Shown here piece by piece: positions 1-9,200 of a stretch of 38,200 nt of DNA. This DNA is from Phycisphaerae bacterium (GTDB lineage Bacteria > Planctomycetota > Phycisphaerae > Phycisphaerales > SM1A02). Location: the NCBI GenBank assembly GCA_016873355.1, contig VGXK01000001.1, positions 1 through 38,200 of the forward strand, read 5' to 3'. Made by a program: the position numbers and the translations under genes. Under the pieces are notes generated by a model. That model did not search any database. It worked only from the letters and a program-made list of their open reading frames with translations, and had not been told where the DNA came from. Position 1 is the stretch's first letter; every line of letters begins with the position of its first letter.

Positions 1-995
1 CGGATGAGGATCAGGGCACGGTCGTCGGCAGCATGTCGGGAAGCCTCTCCGTGAGCGATCGCTTCGCGCGGCGCGCCCCGGAAGGCGCCACGGCCGCGCC
101 GGCCGGCAAGGCGCTCGCCACGCCCGCGGTGCGACGCATCGCGCGGGAGATGAAGGTCGACATTGCGCGCGTGCCGCCGAGCGGACGCGGCGGGCGCGTG
201 ACGGCGAGCGATGTCGCGGCGTTCGCGGGCGGCGCGGGAACGGCGACGCTCGGCGGCGGTCCGCGCCTTGCCCCCGTTCCCAAGGATCTTCCGCCGGTCG
301 ACGCCGACGGCGTCTCGCAGCGCATTCCCTTCCGCGGCGTGCGCCGCAAGATCGCCGAAGCGCTCGATCGTTCCGTGCGCACCGCCGTTCACTTCACCGC
401 CACCGACGACGCGGACGTCACGGAGCTCGAGTCGAAGCGCCGCGAGTATTCGCGCGTCATCGGCCAGAAGCTCTCGATGCTGCCGTTCGTGATGGCGGCG
501 GTCTGCCGCGGACTGCGGCATCACCCGTCGATGAACTCGAACGTGGACGACGCGAACGCGATGATCCTCGTCAAGGGCGTGATCAATCTCGGCATCGCCG
601 TCGACACGGATGCGGGGCTCATGGTGCCGGTCGTTCGCAACGCCGATCGACTTTCGATCGTCGATCTCGGCGAGAGCGTGAGGTCGCTCGCCGCGCGCTG
701 CCGCGATCGCTCGATCACGCGCGAGGAGAGCCTCGGCGGGACCTTCACGATCTCGAACGTGGGCAGCTACGGCGCCATGTACGCCACCCCGATCATCAAC
801 TATCCCGAGGTCGGAATCCTCGCCGTCGGCCGCGCCAAGGAGCGCGTGCTCGTCAAGGACGGCCGCTTCTACGCGGGGTGGTCGCTGCCGCTCTCGATCT
901 CGTGCGATCACCGCGTGGTCGACGGCGCCGAGGCGGCTCGCTTCCTGAACACGGTGGTGCGACTGCTCGAGAGTCCGGTCGATCTGCTCGGCTGA
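1..995 (+). CDS. 2-oxoacid dehydrogenase complex E2 (dihydrolipoamide acyltransferase), 5'-truncated by the window edge
   Basis: Frame is open from nt 3 to TGA 993-995. Peripheral subunit-binding motif ATPAVRRIAREMKVDIARVPPSGRGGRVTASDV is followed by the acyltransferase catalytic domain with active-site motif SCDHRVVDGAEAARFL. Confidence 0.92.
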   Translation, partial: DEDQGTVVGSMSGSLSVSDRFARRAPEGATAAPAGKALATPAVRRIAREMKVDIARVPPSGRGGRVTASDVAAFAGGAGTATLGGGPRLAPVPKDLPPVDADGVSQRIPFRGVRRKIAEALDRSVRTAVHFTATDDADVTELESKRREYSRVIGQKLSMLPFVMAAVCRGLRHHPSMNSNVDDANAMILVKGVINLGIAVDTDAGLMVPVVRNADRLSIVDLGESVRSLAARCRDRSITREESLGGTFTISNVGSYGAMYATPIINYPEVGILAVGRAKERVLVKDGRFYAGWSLPLSISCDHRVVDGAEAARFLNTVVRLLESPVDLLG

Positions 996-1573
996 CGCGC
1001 ACAATCGCGCGCGAGCGCACCCGGCATCGATCGACGACTTGCGTTGCACGGCGCGCATCGCTCGCTGCAGCGCTTGCTCGGCCTCCAGCATCCGTTCGAG
1101 CCGCTCGATCTTCTCGCGGAACGAGAGCTTCATGAACTCGCGGTGCTGGTGGAGGCGCAGGCCGTCGAAGGTCGTGAGCTTCCCGTCGGCTTCGTCCGCG
1201 CCGTCGTCGGCTGCCGCGTCGCGGCCCTGGAGAACGGCTTCGCCGCCGACTTGAAGGAGGGCTTGCCGATGCGATTGCCGGACGACGCCCGAGTCACGTC
1301 CGTGATTCGCCTTGGAGTGCGGCGAGAGCGGCCCGCCCGCACGACGGACCTGCGCTCGGCGGCATTTCGTCCGTCAAACCCGCCGATTCTCGGCCAAGCG
1401 CGTCGCTCGCGGCGGCGGTGGCGAGGCGGCTCGGGCCCGGGCGGCGCGGCTCCTGCCGGGAGCGGCGGCACCGGCCATGTGGGGTGCGGTTGGACGCTCC
1501 GTTCGAGTGCCGCTCATCCCTTCGCGCCGAACCGCCGATGGTGCGGTCGAGTACCCTGCTTCCCCGCAATCGG

Positions 1574-1593
1574 AGGGGGCGAAACGCCCCTTT
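1574..1593 (+). terminator. Terminator-like GC hairpin in the leader of the sugar dehydrogenase gene
   Basis: GGGGCG (1576-1581), AAA loop, CGCCCC (1585-1590), then TTT (1591-1593), 30 nt upstream of ATG 1624. No recognisable gene ends nearby, so its role is unresolved. Confidence 0.3.
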
Positions 1594-1623
1594 CCTACGA
1601 GCCTCGACCGCCACGGAGAACCC

Positions 1624-3051
1624 ATGAGCCCCGCGACCGCGACCCGCAATTCGAAGAAGCGCTCGAGCACCAGGACGACCTCGCGCGCGAGCGCCCCAGC
1701 CGCCCGCATGAGCCCGGCCGCGAGCGCGCTCATGAAGAAGCTCGTCAATCGCACCGCCACGATCGGCGTCGTCGGACTCGGCTATGTCGGACTCCCGCTC
1801 ATCCGCGCCATCCGCGACGGCGGCTTCCCCGTCATCGGCTACGACATCGATCAGCGCAAGATCGATGATCTCGAAGCGGGCCGCGCGTACATCCAGCATC
1901 TCGGGCCGCGCTTCTTCAAGGATCTCTCGAAGGACAGGAAGTTCCGCCCCACGGCGAATCCGCGCCTGCTCGAGGAGGCCGACGCGATCCTGCTCTGCGT
2001 GCCCACGCCGCTCGGCAAGCATCGCGAGCCCGATCTCTCCTTCGTGCTGAACTCGACGCGCATGGTTTCGGAGGTGCTGCGCGAGGGTCAGCTCATCGTG
2101 CTCGAGAGCACGACCTATCCCGGCACCACGCGCGATGAAATGCTGCCGATCCTCGAGCACAGCCCGCGCGGTCGCCAGCTCGAGCACGGCAACGATTACT
2201 TCCTGGCGTTCAGCCCCGAGCGCGAGGATCCGGGCTCGATCGGCCGCACCGCCGCCGTCATTCCCAAGCTCGTCGGCGGTCTCGATCCCGTCGCCACCGA
2301 TCTCGCCATGGCCCTCTACAGCCGCGTGGTGAAGACCGCGCATCGCGTGACGAGCGCCGAGGTCGCCGAGAGCGCGAAGCTTCTCGAGAACATCTTCCGC
2401 GCCGTGAACATCGCGCTCGTGAACGAGATGAAGACGGTGCTCGCCGAGATGAACATCGACGTGTGGGAGGTGATCGCCGCGGCGAGCACGAAGCCGTTCG
2501 GCTTCATGCCCTTCTATCCGGGCCCGGGACTCGGCGGCCACTGCATCCCGCTCGATCCCTTCTACCTCTCGTGGAAGGCGCGCGAAGTCGGACGCACCAC
2601 GCGCTTCATCGAGCTCGCCGGCGAAGTGAACAGCGCCATGCCGCACTACGTGATCGAGCGCGTGCAGCACGCGCTGAACGACGACGGCAAGAGCCTCTCG
2701 GGCTCCAAGGTGCTCGTGATGGGCATCGCGTACAAGAAGAACATCGACGACAGCCGCGAGAGTCCGGCGGCGGAGATCATCGAGCTCCTGCGCGATCGCG
2801 GCGCCGTCGTGAGCTACCACGATCCGCATCTGCCGCACTTCCCCTCGATGCGCAAGCACCGCATCGATCTCAAGAGCAAGCCGCTCAACGCCGGCACGCT
2901 CCGTTCGCAGGACTGCGTGCTCATCGTCACCGATCACGACGCGGTCGACTACGACCTCGTGGGATCGGCGTCGAAGCTCGTCGTCGACACCCGCAACGCG
3001 ATGGAGCGGGTTCCGCCGAAGAGGGTGAAGGCGCGCCTCGTGAAGGCCTGA
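1624..3051 (+). CDS. Nucleotide-sugar dehydrogenase (UDP-glucose/GDP-mannose dehydrogenase family, UDP-N-acetyl-hexosamine dehydrogenase-like)
   Basis: ATG 1624 is preceded by GGAGA (1615-1619). N-terminal Rossmann motif IGVVGLGYVGLPL and catalytic-Cys motif GLGGHCIPLDPFYL are present. The upstream part of ORF 1312..3051 is Arg/Ala-rich and not protein-like. Confidence 0.9.
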   Translation: MSPATATRNSKKRSSTRTTSRASAPAARMSPAASALMKKLVNRTATIGVVGLGYVGLPLIRAIRDGGFPVIGYDIDQRKIDDLEAGRAYIQHLGPRFFKDLSKDRKFRPTANPRLLEEADAILLCVPTPLGKHREPDLSFVLNSTRMVSEVLREGQLIVLESTTYPGTTRDEMLPILEHSPRGRQLEHGNDYFLAFSPEREDPGSIGRTAAVIPKLVGGLDPVATDLAMALYSRVVKTAHRVTSAEVAESAKLLENIFRAVNIALVNEMKTVLAEMNIDVWEVIAAASTKPFGFMPFYPGPGLGGHCIPLDPFYLSWKAREVGRTTRFIELAGEVNSAMPHYVIERVQHALNDDGKSLSGSKVLVMGIAYKKNIDDSRESPAAEIIELLRDRGAVVSYHDPHLPHFPSMRKHRIDLKSKPLNAGTLRSQDCVLIVTDHDAVDYDLVGSASKLVVDTRNAMERVPPKRVKARLVKA

Positions 3052-3142
3052 TCCGGCGCCGGCGCTCGGGGGCGCGCCTTTCGACGCGGCGGAATCGCGT
3101 GGGCGCTTGTGGCGCTCCCGGCAGGGGCGTATCCTTCGCGGC

Positions 3143-3475
3143 ATGCGAAGCAAGGCGAATCGTTCCCTTCCGGCGACCCGCCTCGGCGCGGGCGTCGTCG
3201 GCGCGGTCGCGGCGCTCGGCGTGGCGAGCGCGTTCGCGGCCACCGCGTCGGCCGATCCGCAGGGCCAGGCGACCGTGCTCTCGCCCAACTCTGAAGGCGG
3301 GAAGGGCGGCGACCAGACCGCGGCCGGCGAGGCCAAGACGCCGAAGAAGCCCGACACGCCGCTCGACAACACCTGGCTCGCGCCGCCGCTTCCCGGCTAC
3401 GTGCTCATGTTCGTGCTCGGCGGCGCGGTCGTGGCGCTGAACCTCTGGTCGAGCAAGCGCACCCAACTCGACTGA
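3143..3475 (+). CDS. Hypothetical small protein (110 aa): signal peptide, low-complexity middle, C-terminal hydrophobic anchor
   Basis: Reads MRSKANRSLPATRLGAGVVGAVAALGVASAFAATASA, then a Gly/Lys/Pro-rich segment, then PPLPGYVLMFVLGGAVVALNLWSSKRTQLD. High GC3. The start is chosen at the Met directly before the signal-like region. Confidence 0.5.
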   Translation: MRSKANRSLPATRLGAGVVGAVAALGVASAFAATASADPQGQATVLSPNSEGGKGGDQTAAGEAKTPKKPDTPLDNTWLAPPLPGYVLMFVLGGAVVALNLWSSKRTQLD

Positions 3476-3518
3476 CGCGCGGCGCGATCCGACGAATCAA
3501 CCCTTCGAGGAGTTCCTC

Positions 3519-3815
3519 ATGAAGCAACGACGCACCGCACTGCACGGACTTGTCGTGCTCAACGCGCTGCTGCTCGGAGCGCTCGCCTACGTGACGTTCA
3601 ACCCGACGGCGAACGCACAGGCTCGGCGCAACGGCCTCTACACGATCGTCGGCGGAACGGTGAACGGTCAGCCCGCCGGCGTGGCGTACATCGTGGACGA
3701 AGTGAACCAGGAGATGGTCGCCATCTCGTGGAACGAGCCGAATCGCATTCTCACCGGTCTCGGCTACGCGAATCTCGCCACCGATGCGCAGCGTGCCGCG
3801 GCGTCCCGCCCCTGA
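3519..3815 (+). CDS. Hypothetical small secreted/membrane-anchored protein (98 aa), paralog A
   Basis: GAGGAG (3507-3512) lies 6 nt before the ATG. It has an N-terminal hydrophobic span LHGLVVLNALLLGALAYV and shares motifs with the next gene. Confidence 0.6.
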   Translation: MKQRRTALHGLVVLNALLLGALAYVTFNPTANAQARRNGLYTIVGGTVNGQPAGVAYIVDEVNQEMVAISWNEPNRILTGLGYANLATDAQRAAASRP

Positions 3816-3831
3816 ATCGGAGGAACACGCC

Positions 3832-4149
3832 ATGACGCAACGCTCCAGCAAGATCGGAACCTCGATTCTCGGCGCAAGCGCCTTCGTGCTCGCCGCGCTC
3901 ACGATCATCCAGGCGGGCAAGCCTCCCGCGTTCGCGGAGACGGCCAACAGCGGCGGATTCGGGTACAGCGTGGCCACGATCCGCAGCGGCCAGGGTCCGA
4001 ACGAGCGCCCGTACGAGCTCGTCTACGTGGTCGACAGCCGCGGCGAGACGCTCTTCATCTACTACATCGAGAACTCGACCGGGCAGCGCATGCAGCTGCG
4101 CCAGGCGCTCTCGCTGCCGGCGCTCTTCCGGCAGGCGCGCGGAGGATGA
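3832..4149 (+). CDS. Hypothetical small secreted/membrane-anchored protein (105 aa), paralog B
   Basis: GGAGGA (3819-3824) lies 7 nt before the ATG. It has an N-terminal hydrophobic span ILGASAFVLAALTII, and its stop lies 3 nt before the deoC start. Confidence 0.62.
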   Translation: MTQRSSKIGTSILGASAFVLAALTIIQAGKPPAFAETANSGGFGYSVATIRSGQGPNERPYELVYVVDSRGETLFIYYIENSTGQRMQLRQALSLPALFRQARGG

Positions 4150-4152
4150 GTC

Positions 4153-5145
4153 GTGCGCGACGGCGACCGCAACGGCAGCGCGGCGGCGACGGCGCCGTCG
4201 ACCGTTCGGGTCGCTGACTCCTTCGCGGGGCCGCTCTCGCCGCCCGTCGACGCGGTGATGGCGGCGCGTCGCGCCGCGTACTTCACCACGCGAAGCATCA
4301 AGACCGACTCGAAGCGCCAGGGTCTGCGCCTGGCGCTGTCGATGGTGGACCTCACCACGCTCGAAGGCAAGGACACGCCGGAGAAGGTCCGCGCGCTCTG
4401 CCGCAAGGCGATCCGTCCCTACGAGGGCGAGATCTCGCCCCCGGTTCCGAGCGTGGCCGCGGTGTGCGTCTATCCGAATCTCGTGCCGGTGGCGAAGGAG
4501 ACGCTGCGCGGAAGTCCCGTGAAGGTCGCGGCGGTGGCGACGGGATTCCCGAGCGGCCAGTATCCGCTCGAAGTTCGCCTGGCCGATGTTCGCGCCGCGG
4601 TTTCCGACGGCGCCGACGAGATCGACATGGTGATCAATCGCGGCGCGTTCCTCTCCGGGAAGTACGGCGTCGTCGCGGACGAGATTCGGCGCACGCGCGA
4701 GGCGTGCGGCGCCGCGCACCTCAAGATCATTCTCGAAACGGGCGAACTCGAGACGCTCGACCTGGTGCGACGCGCGAGCGATCTGGCGATTCACGCGGCG
4801 GCGTTGGCGGGGCCGGTTCGAGACGGTGAAGTGTTCATCAAGACCTCGACCGGCAAGGTCACGCCCGCGGCGACCATGCCCGTGACGCTCGTCATGCTCG
4901 AAGCGATCCGCGATCACTTCCTGCGGCACGGCGTGCGCATCGGCATGAAGCCGGCCGGCGGCATCCGCGCGGCGAAGCAGGCGCTCCACTACCTGGTGAT
5001 GGTGAAGGAGACGCTCGGCGAGGCGTGGCTGACGCCCGATCTCTTCCGATTCGGCGCGAGCGCGCTGGCGAACGACCTGCTGCGGCAGATCGTCAGGCTC
5101 GAGCGCGGCGTCTACATGGCCGGCACGGATTTCAGCGAGGCGTAG
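4153..5145 (+). CDS. deoC: Deoxyribose-phosphate aldolase (long form)
   Basis: GTG start at 4153. Motifs MVDLTTLEG, AAVCVYP, EIDMVIN and FIKTSTGK (Schiff-base lysine context) are typical of DeoC/DERA class I aldolases. Confidence 0.88.
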   Translation: MRDGDRNGSAAATAPSTVRVADSFAGPLSPPVDAVMAARRAAYFTTRSIKTDSKRQGLRLALSMVDLTTLEGKDTPEKVRALCRKAIRPYEGEISPPVPSVAAVCVYPNLVPVAKETLRGSPVKVAAVATGFPSGQYPLEVRLADVRAAVSDGADEIDMVINRGAFLSGKYGVVADEIRRTREACGAAHLKIILETGELETLDLVRRASDLAIHAAALAGPVRDGEVFIKTSTGKVTPAATMPVTLVMLEAIRDHFLRHGVRIGMKPAGGIRAAKQALHYLVMVKETLGEAWLTPDLFRFGASALANDLLRQIVRLERGVYMAGTDFSEA

Positions 5146-5232
5146 CGGGCGCCTGCGGCGATGGGGGCTGCGACCGCGGCGCGCCTAGAGCGGTTCCTCC
5201 TCAATCGTAGCGATCTGGCGGGCTGCGACTTC

Positions 5233-5298
5233 GTGTGGCATCGTCGGGCTCCATCGGCGGATCCTCAAGATCCGCCTGCTTCGCCCTCCTTGCCACAC
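5233..5298. terminator. Nested inverted repeat between the convergent deoC and thuA-like genes (candidate bidirectional terminator or structured RNA)
   Basis: Outer arms are GTGTGGCA (5233-5240) and TGCCACAC (5291-5298). Inner perfect 8-bp stem is GGCGGATC (5256-5263) and GATCCGCC (5269-5276) with loop CTCAA. Flanking T runs are weak. Confidence 0.4.
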
Positions 5299-5334
5299 TC
5301 GTCTCGCCAACGCCAGCTCGCTACGCCTGAGTCG

Positions 5335-6258
5335 TCACCGCTCTAGCGAACCATCGGACGGCGCGCTCGGTGTTGCGCTCGGCGTCGCGCCGCGGGTCGC
5401 CTTCGGCTTCGAGCTCGGCGCCGCGCTCGAATCGAGGCCCGCCGCCCAGAGGATTCCGCCGAGCAGATGCTCGCGGAAGAGCGGCTCGGAGAAGCTCTCC
5501 TTCGTGTGGCCGCCGCCCGTGTACCAAGAGCGGCCGCCGTCGAACTCGTGGTACCACGCGATCGGATGATCGGCGCCCATCGTGGCCGGCGCCGGTTCGT
5601 AGGTCGATTCGTCGAGCGACATGAGCACGCGGATTCCTTCGGTGCCGCGCGGATTCGATCGGAACGAGTACCACTCGTCGGTGCGCATCCAGCGTTCCGG
5701 AAGCATGCGCGTGCTCGCGTGATCGCGGACCTCCACGGTCTGCGTCGCAGACTGCACCGGCGGATGCGTCTGGAAGTACGCGCCGACGAGCTTGCCGTAC
5801 CAGGGCCACTCGTACTCGGTGTCGGACGCGGCATGAATCCCCGCATAGCCGCCGCCGGCGCGGATGTATCGCTCGAAGGCCGCTTGCTGCTCGTCGTTCA
5901 GGACTTCGCCGGAGGTCGAAAGCCAGACGACGGCGCGGTACCGCGTCAGGTTGTCGTCGGTGAACGCGGCGGCGTCTTCCGTCGCGTCGATCTCGAACGC
6001 GCCCGCGCCGATCTCGCGCACGGCGCGGATGCCGTCGGGAATCGAGTCGTGCCGGAAGGCCGCCGTCTTGGTGAAGACGAGCACGCGCGGCAGTGGCGCC
6101 GGCGCCGAATCGCCCTTCGGCTGCGGCGGCGCCGATTTCGGGGCCGGCGCAGCGCCCTGGGACGACGCGGCCGCCGGTCCCTGCCCGAGGCGGAGGCCGA
6201 CGGCCGCGATCATCATCAGAACGAACGCCGTGATCATCAACGGGCGCGAGCCGATCAT
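5335..6258 (-). CDS. ThuA-like (trehalose-utilisation family) secreted protein
   Basis: Signal-like N-terminus MIGSRPLMITAFVLMMIAAVGL. The region VLVFTKTAAFRHDSIPDGI ... VVWLSTSGEVL ... FERYIRAGGGYAGIHAASD ... WYGKLVGAYF is typical of ThuA-domain proteins. Confidence 0.8.
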   Translation of the reverse strand: MIGSRPLMITAFVLMMIAAVGLRLGQGPAAASSQGAAPAPKSAPPQPKGDSAPAPLPRVLVFTKTAAFRHDSIPDGIRAVREIGAGAFEIDATEDAAAFTDDNLTRYRAVVWLSTSGEVLNDEQQAAFERYIRAGGGYAGIHAASDTEYEWPWYGKLVGAYFQTHPPVQSATQTVEVRDHASTRMLPERWMRTDEWYSFRSNPRGTEGIRVLMSLDESTYEPAPATMGADHPIAWYHEFDGGRSWYTGGGHTKESFSEPLFREHLLGGILWAAGLDSSAAPSSKPKATRGATPSATPSAPSDGSLER

Positions 6259-6275
6259 GCCCGCAGGCTACTCGG

Positions 6276-9200
6276 TCATGGTTGCGCCGGCATCGGATCC
6301 ACGCGAATCGTGGCGTCGAGCAGGCCGAGATCGACGAGCCGCACCCGTGGCAGGCGAACGATCGCCACGCCGCTCACCGACCCGTGCGACTCGATCGTCG
6401 CGTCGATCGATCGAAGCGACTTCTCGAGCGCCGAATCGACCGCGGTGAAGCGCGCGACCACGGGCATGGGTTCCTCGCTGCCCGATGCGGCGGAGACCGG
6501 CGTGTCCGCATCCGGCGGCGACGACGATGCCTGCGCCAGTTCCTCCTTCGCCGCAAGCGCCTCGAGACCGGCGATCAAGAGCGACGCCTCGAGTCGCGAC
6601 GAGAGCTTCGTGAGCGACGCTTGACTGTATCGATCCGCCGCCGCCCCTCGTTCCGCATCGACGATCGCACGATGCGCCCGCATCTTCATGAACTGCGACG
6701 CCTTCGCGAGAAGGTCCGGCTTCGCGCACACGATCATGAACTCGTCGCCGAGCACGCGGAGCAACGCCGTGCCGCCGTTGCTTCTCCACTCGCCCGAGTC
6801 GACCATCGTCGTGAGCCGCTCGACGAGCTCCTCGACGCGTCGACGAACGAGTTCCATGTCGGCGGACTCCGCTCCGGATGGCCTGACGAGCGGTCGCAGG
6901 TCCCAGATCACGATCGTTTCATCGCCGACGCCGATCGACACGGGCGCCGCCGGCGGCGGCGCGGCGATCATGCCTCGAAGCGAGTCGAACATGCTCCGCA
7001 TCGTCTCGGCGACCCGGGAGTCCGCGTCGGTGACGACGACCCCCCCGATCAATCGAGTCGATCGCTCGCCGCCGGTCTGCTGCCAGGTCTCGGGCTCGAT
7101 CGCCTCCGTCGCCGCCTCGAGCAGGTCGCATCGCGCGTCGAACTCGGCGCCGTCTTCGGCCTTGAACGAGCGAATGTCGATCAGCGAGACCGTTCGCGGG
7201 TCCATCGGCACTTCGCTTCGAGTCACGGCGCCGATCGGCGATCGACCGATCTTGGCGAGCGCCGCGACGAAGCGATCGACCTTGGCGAGCACCGCGGGCT
7301 GATGCACGATCGCGATGCGCCCCGCCGGCAGAATCCTCGAGGCGCCCGCCCCTCCGCCGTTCTCGATCCAGCTCTGGGGATCGATGGCGGACATGATGCC
7401 GACCTGGAGCTCGCTCGCGTACTGATCGTCGATCTCCTTCGAGCTCTCGGGATCGGCGTCGGCCGGCGTGCTTTCGATGCCGAGAATCGCCTTGGCGTCG
7501 AGAACCCGAAGCGCTCGACTCGGAGCCGGCGACTCGTCGACTCGCGAATTCGGTGCGAGGTCGTGCGCGTCGCCGGCAGCCGCGGCCTTCCCGTCGAGCA
7601 GCTCTCCGACGCCGTCGTTCTTCAGCCACTTCTCGACTTCGCCGCGAGTCTGCGCGTCGACCTCCTTCAACGACGCGTCCGAGACTGCCGCCGGCGGAGT
7701 CATCGCGTCCGTCGGAGCGACGCCGGCGCCATCCGAGCGATCGGTGCGTTCCGGCGAAGTCGGCTCGCGCTCGCGAGGCTTGTGCTCACCCGCGTGCGCC
7801 ACGCCGAACCGATAGCCGGCGCGTTCCGCGCGGGCGCTGGGTTCGCCGATGGGAACTCCGCCGCCACCCCCGAAGCCGCCGCCGCCGCCTCCGACAACCG
7901 GAGTGCCCATGCTCACTCCTCGCGATGGGGGTCGTGGAGCGCCGGTGCCTCCCCATCTCCGGAGTTCCTCTCCACCGACCTCGCCGGGTTTCGCCTGACC
8001 GGCCTTCCCGGCGAACTTCATTCGAAGCTCGGCCTTCTCCCCGCTCGGCGCCGACGGTCTCGTGGCTCCGCCCTGCGTCAGGCGGCTCGAATCGGCAAGG
8101 GACTTGGACAACCTGCCGAAATCGCGAGCGGACTTGTCCTCGAGCCTGCGGCCCGCAGTCTCCGCGGGTGCGACGATCGCCGGAGGACGAGGAGAAGCGA
8201 TCGGCTGCGATGCCGGCGGTGGCGGCGGCGGTGGCGGCGGCGCCGCTACCGCCGCACTGTTTGGCGCCGCGGGGGCTTCGTTGCCGCTCGCCGGCGGTGC
8301 CGCTCCCGTCGCCAATGCATTCGAGGAAGTGCCTTCCTTCAGTCCCGAGAGACGCAGCCGGTCGACTTCCGTCGCGGCGGGATGGTTGATCGTGTGAACG
8401 CCGGCCGCGGCGGGATCGTTGCTCGTGAAAACGCCGGTCGCGGCGGCTGGCGCCTGGAATCCGTAGGTGTCGGCCAGCATTCCGAGCTTGAAGTCGGGCG
8501 CCTTGTCGAAGTCCAGCGGCGTCGCCAATCCTCCCGCCATGTAGAGATGCACCTCGTTGCCTTCGTCGTCGGCCATCATCTGCGGCGGCGCGCGAAGCAC
8601 CTTGAGCACCTCGCCCGCACTGCCGAAGTTGCCCTCCCAGCTCACGCCCTGCGGCAACTCGATCGGCACGGCCACGAGCACGGATCGACCGCCCACCGTC
8701 ACGCGCGACTTCTCCACCGCCACGAAACTCGTGAACGGCGACATGATGCGATGCTGCTCCGCGAGCCGCACCACCATGTCCCGAATCGGCGCCGGCACGT
8801 TCTCGTTCTGAAGTTCGTTCAAGTGCGGACGCAGGATGTCGTCCACCTGGAGCCGCGCCCAGATCGGCGCCACGACGCTCGAGTTGCCGTCGCCGTCGGT
8901 GAAATCGACGGGAATCGTCCGCTCCCACGGTCCTTGCCCGGTCATGCCGCGCACGCGGATCGAGCCGCGTCCCGACGCCGGGTATCGCCCCGCGATCACG
9001 AGCGGCTCGCGATCGTAGAGATCGGGAATGGCATCGGCCGGCGGCGTGACATGCGCCGTCTCGACGCCGTCGAACGACACGGAGATGTCCGTGAGCACGG
9101 GCGTGCGAACGCGATCGCTGAAGCGCGCGACGACTTCCTCCGCGTCGCTCGGCAGCAGCACGAACTCGGCGGCGCCGCGTCCCGCCCGCGCCATCTCCGA

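Noticed and set aside
1020-1200. A protein-like minus-strand peptide (…HREFMKLSFREKIERLERMLEAEQALQRAM…) in the E2-dehydrogenase gap.
   Set aside because: There is no ATG/GTG/TTG start between the upstream stop (1374-1376) and Met 1133. The frame has no stop before running antisense, in codon register, through the whole E2 gene to the window edge. It is not a functional CDS as it stands and is noted only as a possible remnant.
3052-3082. The palindromes CCGGCGCCGG and GGCGC..GCGCC followed by TTT after the dehydrogenase stop, as a possible terminator.
   Set aside because: Only a 5-bp stem with an 8-nt loop and a 3-nt T run. The downstream small genes look co-oriented and possibly co-transcribed, so this is too weak to call.
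5256-5276. On the minus strand the inner hairpin can be drawn as a tRNA anticodon arm (5-bp stem, loop CUUGAGG, U33, anticodon UGA). Upstream AGTGTGGC resembles the 5' part of tRNA-Ser.
   Set aside because: No T-arm/TTCGAAT-type loop, no complementary acceptor 3' strand and no CCA context. The stem is more simply part of a nested inverted repeat.
7857-8240. GCC/GGC triplet-rich tracts (7857-7892 and 8214-8240) that look like simple DNA repeats.
   Set aside because: They are in frame within the giant gene and encode G5-F-G6 and a run of 9-10 Pro. This is coding low complexity, not CRISPR, a satellite or a mobile-element terminus.
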